NCBI GenBank assembly: GCA_963794325.1
Contig: CAWCDG010000003.1
Coordinates: 160,001-224,000 of the forward strand
Origin: an uncultured delta proteobacterium
GTDB lineage: Bacteria > Desulfobacterota > Binatia > Binatales > Binataceae
Direction: 5' to 3'
Length of the DNA stretch: 64,000 nt
Below the pieces are notes generated by a model, which was not told where the DNA came from, did no database searches, and saw only the letters and a list, made by a program, of their open reading frames with translations. A program made the translations under genes and the position numbers. Positions 59,980 through 64,000 of this stretch are shown piece after piece. Positions within the stretch are counted from its first letter, which is position 1. Every line of letters starts with the position of its first letter.

Positions 59980-62274
59980 TCACGGTATCGGCACGGACAT
60001 GTTGTTGCAGAGGCCGGGGCAACCGCCGCCAGGGTTCGAACAGGTGGTCGGGCACTTTAGACTTGGCGTCGAAGTCGCGGTAGCCGTTGCGCCAGTCGGA
60101 GTCGCAGTAGGCGTGGGCGAGCCAGACGGGGTCGGTGCCGGGCCGTTGACCACCGGGGCCGGTGGAATCGTCACCGGGATGAGGCCGCCATCAGGTGACG
60201 ATGTGGGCATCGCAGTCGGCGTCACGTCTGCTAAGGGCGTCGGCAACTGAAACCGTTGCACGTCGTAAGTGTCGGCAGGGGCGCAGAACGAATAGTTGCT
60301 GCTGGCGTCAGGATTCGGCGCCTGATTTAGTACCAGGCTATTCGTCAACTGCACATCCTGCATCGACACAGGGTCCTGCTTCGACAGAATCACCGACGTG
60401 CCGAGATTGGCGTTCGCGACCGACCCCGTGATGCTGCCGTGGCCGACACAGTTGATCGGATCCGCGACAGAAAAATCTGCGTTCGCAGTGGTATTGCACA
60501 TTCCCGGGCCGGTCGGCGGCGCCGGCGCTGCAACGTCCGATAGCACCACGATGTTGTGGCCTTGATAAGGATCTGCGATGCCCTGGTAGAAATCAATCGT
60601 GCTGGCAAACAGATCAAGCGCGGAGAGCGGAACGGTAGCGGAGGTTGGAACATTCAGTGAAAAATTAATGCAGGAAAACAGTGGATTTCCCGGGCAGGTG
60701 CCGACGTTTGAGTTCGTGACCTTAATCGGCATCGGGAGCGCGCTTTCAATCTTGTTGGTTGTGGAATCCTCGGCAAAAACCTCGACCGAGGTGGTCTGCC
60801 CCGGGTTGGGCGGCGTGATCGGGATACTGCCCGTTATCAACCCGGTGTTCATCATCAGCTTGCAGACGGAGAAGGTATTGCCCTGATCGGTGCTGCATGC
60901 ACCGCCGCTTTTCTTGCCACCGCCACCCGGCTTTACGAGGACGATTTGATCGTCGTAGCCGGGCGCTGTGATCTTCATCACGTAGCTGTTCTTCGCGATT
61001 ATCGGAACGTTGGAGAATTGTGGGGGAGCCGTGAGCGTTCCCGGCAACGGGAAGGCGCCGGCGTTGTCGGTATTCGCCGTGGCGACTGTCACGCATTGTT
61101 CGGGGGTCATTGAACAGTCAGCGCCGCTGTTGCTATCCGGCGGAATCAACAATTGCAGCGTCGCGCCGACAATCGGGTTGCCGGTGCAAATATCCTTGAC
61201 CGAACCGGTTATATTCCCAAGCGTCTGATTTCCGGTGACGGTGAAGTCGAGGGCTTTAGCCTGTAGCTGGCCCGGATATACCGGCAATAACCGCTCCGCG
61301 TCGTAAGTATCTGCTCCGCCAGCTACTGCGAGGTCGTAAAGAGTTCCAAACCCGGGCGACGTGGCTCCGTTGGCCGCGGGAAGCGCGAACGTAAAACATC
61401 CTCCCGGGGAAGGAGGGCAATTCGTTTTCGTGATCGGGTTCATGATTCCGCTCTGCACCGGACTGGTGGCAATTGCCGTATTGGTCCCGATCGATTCGGC
61501 GGTCACCGACAATTTGCGGACTTTTACAGTTGTACCGGTTCCGGTGCCGGTGCCTGATTTGACGGTTATCGATCCGGTAACCGTGGCGAGCAATGGATTC
61601 CCGAGCACCGCGCCATTTGGAACCGACTGCATGGTGATCGTTGCGAGGAATGCGCCGCCCGGATTGACCGGCATCTGATTGACCATCACCGTTAGTTGCA
61701 GAACCAGAATCCCCAGGTTGTTGTTGCCCGCCGAGATCAGACCAGTGCTGCTGGTGTCCGTCACCAGGATGACGTTGCCGTTATTCAACGCGATCGGGTA
61801 ATTGATACAGCCTTCGAGGCGGCCGAACGCTTGCGGACAGTTGGGGATCAAGAAGCCGGGATTGTTCGGGTCGAGCAGAATCTCGGCCGTGCGGTAGGTA
61901 TTCTTCTTCACGTCGGAGGTGTTGAAGAGCTGGGGGATGTTCTGCGAGGCGTTGAGATCGATCTGCAACTCCGCAGTCCCGCTCTTGTTTCCAATCCCCG
62001 GGGGAGTTGGAATTTTTTGCCAGCCGCCACCACTTGGCGCCGCATTCGCTTTCGGATTGATGCGCACCGCCTGCACGTTGAGTAGAACGCTTTGGAAGGC
62101 CAGCGGATGACCTTGTGAGTCGGTCGGCGGCGAGCCCACAAATCCAACTTCGACCCGCGCATTCTTGGCGGCGTCCGCCGGAAGGGCTGTAGCCACGATC
62201 GCGCAAAACATCAGAATGAGGGGTACAGTCAGACGGCGGACAGTCCGATACACAAAAAAATCTTTCACTAACAA
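59980..62274 (-). CDS. Large secreted Cys/Pro/Thr-rich multi-beta-sandwich protein (DUF4382-like N-terminus)
   Basis: Signal peptide; FQSVLLNVQAVRI; repeated GxITGSV/ITAPGY carboxypeptidase-regulatory-like units; PT linker; Cys-rich tail. Confidence 0.65.
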   Translation of the reverse strand: MLVKDFFVYRTVRRLTVPLILMFCAIVATALPADAAKNARVEVGFVGSPPTDSQGHPLAFQSVLLNVQAVRINPKANAAPSGGGWQKIPTPPGIGNKSGTAELQIDLNASQNIPQLFNTSDVKKNTYRTAEILLDPNNPGFLIPNCPQAFGRLEGCINYPIALNNGNVILVTDTSSTGLISAGNNNLGILVLQLTVMVNQMPVNPGGAFLATITMQSVPNGAVLGNPLLATVTGSITVKSGTGTGTGTTVKVRKLSVTAESIGTNTAIATSPVQSGIMNPITKTNCPPSPGGCFTFALPAANGATSPGFGTLYDLAVAGGADTYDAERLLPVYPGQLQAKALDFTVTGNQTLGNITGSVKDICTGNPIVGATLQLLIPPDSNSGADCSMTPEQCVTVATANTDNAGAFPLPGTLTAPPQFSNVPIIAKNSYVMKITAPGYDDQIVLVKPGGGGKKSGGACSTDQGNTFSVCKLMMNTGLITGSIPITPPNPGQTTSVEVFAEDSTTNKIESALPMPIKVTNSNVGTCPGNPLFSCINFSLNVPTSATVPLSALDLFASTIDFYQGIADPYQGHNIVVLSDVAAPAPPTGPGMCNTTANADFSVADPINCVGHGSITGSVANANLGTSVILSKQDPVSMQDVQLTNSLVLNQAPNPDASSNYSFCAPADTYDVQRFQLPTPLADVTPTAMPTSSPDGGLIPVTIPPAPVVNGPAPTPSGSPTPTATPTGATATATSTPSLKCPTTCSNPGGGCPGLCNNMSVPIP

Positions 62275-62417
62275 TCCATCAATGAAGAATTTGGTCAGGG
62301 TTTGGGATAACCTAATGGAGGAGCGAAGGCAAGAATACGATTGCTCGTTTGAACGTCAAATAGATCGCGGAGCTTGACTGATCGCCTTCCTAATCCGGAG
62401 AATTACTACTGCCCTCG

Positions 62418-64000
62418 ATGAAATCGTCGACTCGAAACTTCGGCCGCTGTCTGTTTACGCTTTTTTTCCTGTTCGGTTTCGCTTTTCAGGTTTCAACCGC
62501 GAACGCGAGCCTGAAAATCACCACCGGAAACCCGGGCCTCGAGCATTTTGACGCCGACGGCGGCGTCCAGCTCGACTTCGGTCTGACCGATCAGAACGGC
62601 AATCCGGTCGGCAATCTTCGCCCCGACAACGTGAAAGTTTTCGAGGACGGCAAGGAAGCCAAGATTCTGGATTTTCGCGGCGTCGGCCAGGGCCGTCCCG
62701 TCGATATCGTATTCGTGCTCGATGTCACCGAGTCGATGCAGCCATATATCGACGCAGTCAAGCAGAACGTGATCTCGTTCGCGCAGGACCTGCAATCCAA
62801 TAGCCGCGACTACCGCCTCGGCCTGGTGACCTTCGAGGACTACGTGGTCTCGGCGTACCCGGACTGTAACTGCGCCTATCGCGATTCGTTTACCTCCGAC
62901 GTCAAGCAGTTCACCGATTGGGTCGGCACCCTGCACGCCGGCGGTGGCGGCGACATCCCCGAAGATCAGCTCGACGCGCTCTCCTATGCGGCCAAGTTTC
63001 CGTTCCGCCCCGAGGCCGAGGGCATCATCATCATCGTCACCGATGCGCCGCCTCATCATGACGGCGACGGGTCGGCCGACTCCGCGCATGACCAGGCCTT
63101 CTGGGACCATCACACTAAAGGTGTGCAGGTGACGGATCTAACGGGCACCAAGGTCGCCGACCAGCTCAAGAAGAACGGGCTCACTCTGTATGCGGTGGTG
63201 CCGCCGCCCTTCATCGCGCCCGAGTACCAGGAAATCGTCGATGCGACCCACGGCCGCTCGTACAACATCATCACCGAGGAGGGCCGCTTCCCTTCGCTGG
63301 TGCGCGAAATCGGCCACTCGATCGCGACCGAGTATTCGCTGACCTATCGAACCCCGCGTCCAATCGAGGACGGCACCAATCGTAGCGTCCAACTCAAGAT
63401 TGACTACAACAGCGAGACCGGCGAAGCCGACACGGCGTACCAGGTCCGCGGCCTCGGCGGCGCGGCGATCAACGTCCCCGAAGATGAAGGCACGCCCGGC
63501 GGGAACTCGACCGGCACGGGGCTAAAGCAGTTCTCATTCAGTTGGTGGAACGGAGCTGTGCCGTTGATTGCGATCCTCGGGCTGTTCGGGTTGTCGCGAA
63601 TGAGATTCGGGCTCCCGGCCGACGAACTCAAGGCGATTGTCGCAGCGCAAGGTGCACCGTCGATTCGGATGCCGCCTGCGGCCCCGCCAGCGGCACGCAC
63701 TGCGCAACGCGCGCCCAATCGACCGATGCCTTCGCAATCACCGGCTACCGCGCCTCGCGGCGCTGGAAATACGCAAGGCGCACGCCTGGTCGCCGTCGAT
63801 CGAATCGATCCGGTACCGGCCGAATACTCGCTGATGAAGGACGAGATCTCGATCGGGCGCGGCGAGGACAACGACGTCGTCATCCCGCACGCGAGCGTGT
63901 CGCGACAGCACGCGCGCCTGATGCGCCGTGACGGCGGCTTCGAGCTGATGGATCTGAACTCGACCAACGGCAGCTACGTCGAAGACCGCCAAATCCACGG
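62418..64000 (+). CDS. Signal peptide-VWA-TM-FHA protein (runs off the right edge)
   Basis: Not in the ORF track. From ATG 62418: MKSSTRNFGRCLFTLFFLFGFAFQVSTANA; DIVFVLDVTESM (MIDAS-like), GGGGDIPED, IVTDAPPH; TM AVPLIAILGLFGL; FHA IGRGEDNDVVIPHASVSRQHA...DLNSTNGS. Confidence 0.85.
   Translation, partial: MKSSTRNFGRCLFTLFFLFGFAFQVSTANASLKITTGNPGLEHFDADGGVQLDFGLTDQNGNPVGNLRPDNVKVFEDGKEAKILDFRGVGQGRPVDIVFVLDVTESMQPYIDAVKQNVISFAQDLQSNSRDYRLGLVTFEDYVVSAYPDCNCAYRDSFTSDVKQFTDWVGTLHAGGGGDIPEDQLDALSYAAKFPFRPEAEGIIIIVTDAPPHHDGDGSADSAHDQAFWDHHTKGVQVTDLTGTKVADQLKKNGLTLYAVVPPPFIAPEYQEIVDATHGRSYNIITEEGRFPSLVREIGHSIATEYSLTYRTPRPIEDGTNRSVQLKIDYNSETGEADTAYQVRGLGGAAINVPEDEGTPGGNSTGTGLKQFSFSWWNGAVPLIAILGLFGLSRMRFGLPADELKAIVAAQGAPSIRMPPAAPPAARTAQRAPNRPMPSQSPATAPRGAGNTQGARLVAVDRIDPVPAEYSLMKDEISIGRGEDNDVVIPHASVSRQHARLMRRDGGFELMDLNSTNGSYVEDRQIH

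Noticed and set aside
60060-60250. Short tandem repeats as an array
   Set aside because: They encode a Pro/Thr linker; no CRISPR-like repeat-spacer structure was seen anywhere in the window

Overview
GC-rich bacterial chromosomal window, gene-dense, with no rRNA, tRNA, CRISPR array, transposase or integrase that I can recognise. The gene content (F420 biosynthesis, Mla/Pqi transport, split nuo genes, many GT-C membrane proteins) resembles soil Binatia/Deltaproteobacteria-like lineages; this taxonomic call is inference only. From left to right: imuB-imuA with a candidate SOS box; a cofG-cofH-cofD-cofE operon running into a polyprenyl synthase and a FAD monooxygenase; a 2-oxoacid dehydrogenase E1a/E1b/E2; an MlaE/F/D-PqiC transporter with an embedded serine hydrolase; Zn-ADH; two tandem stand-alone TIR genes; a cyclase; a nuoB-nuoF-nuoG fragment; a TetR-controlled sulfatase/esterase/reductase module; a deletion-fused secreted-protein locus; a hybrid kinase plus Hpt; a Cys/Met lyase; a disrupted glycosylation cluster; thiO; an arsR-membrane protein-arsM-second methyltransferase operon; a di-haem protein; Lhr; acnA; an EmrA-like protein; secreted proteins; and a partial VWA-FHA gene. 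About nine genes, including housekeeping ones, carry frameshifts, which most likely reflects long-read consensus error. The best novelty candidates are the two-methyltransferase arsenic operon and the effector-less tandem TIR pair.
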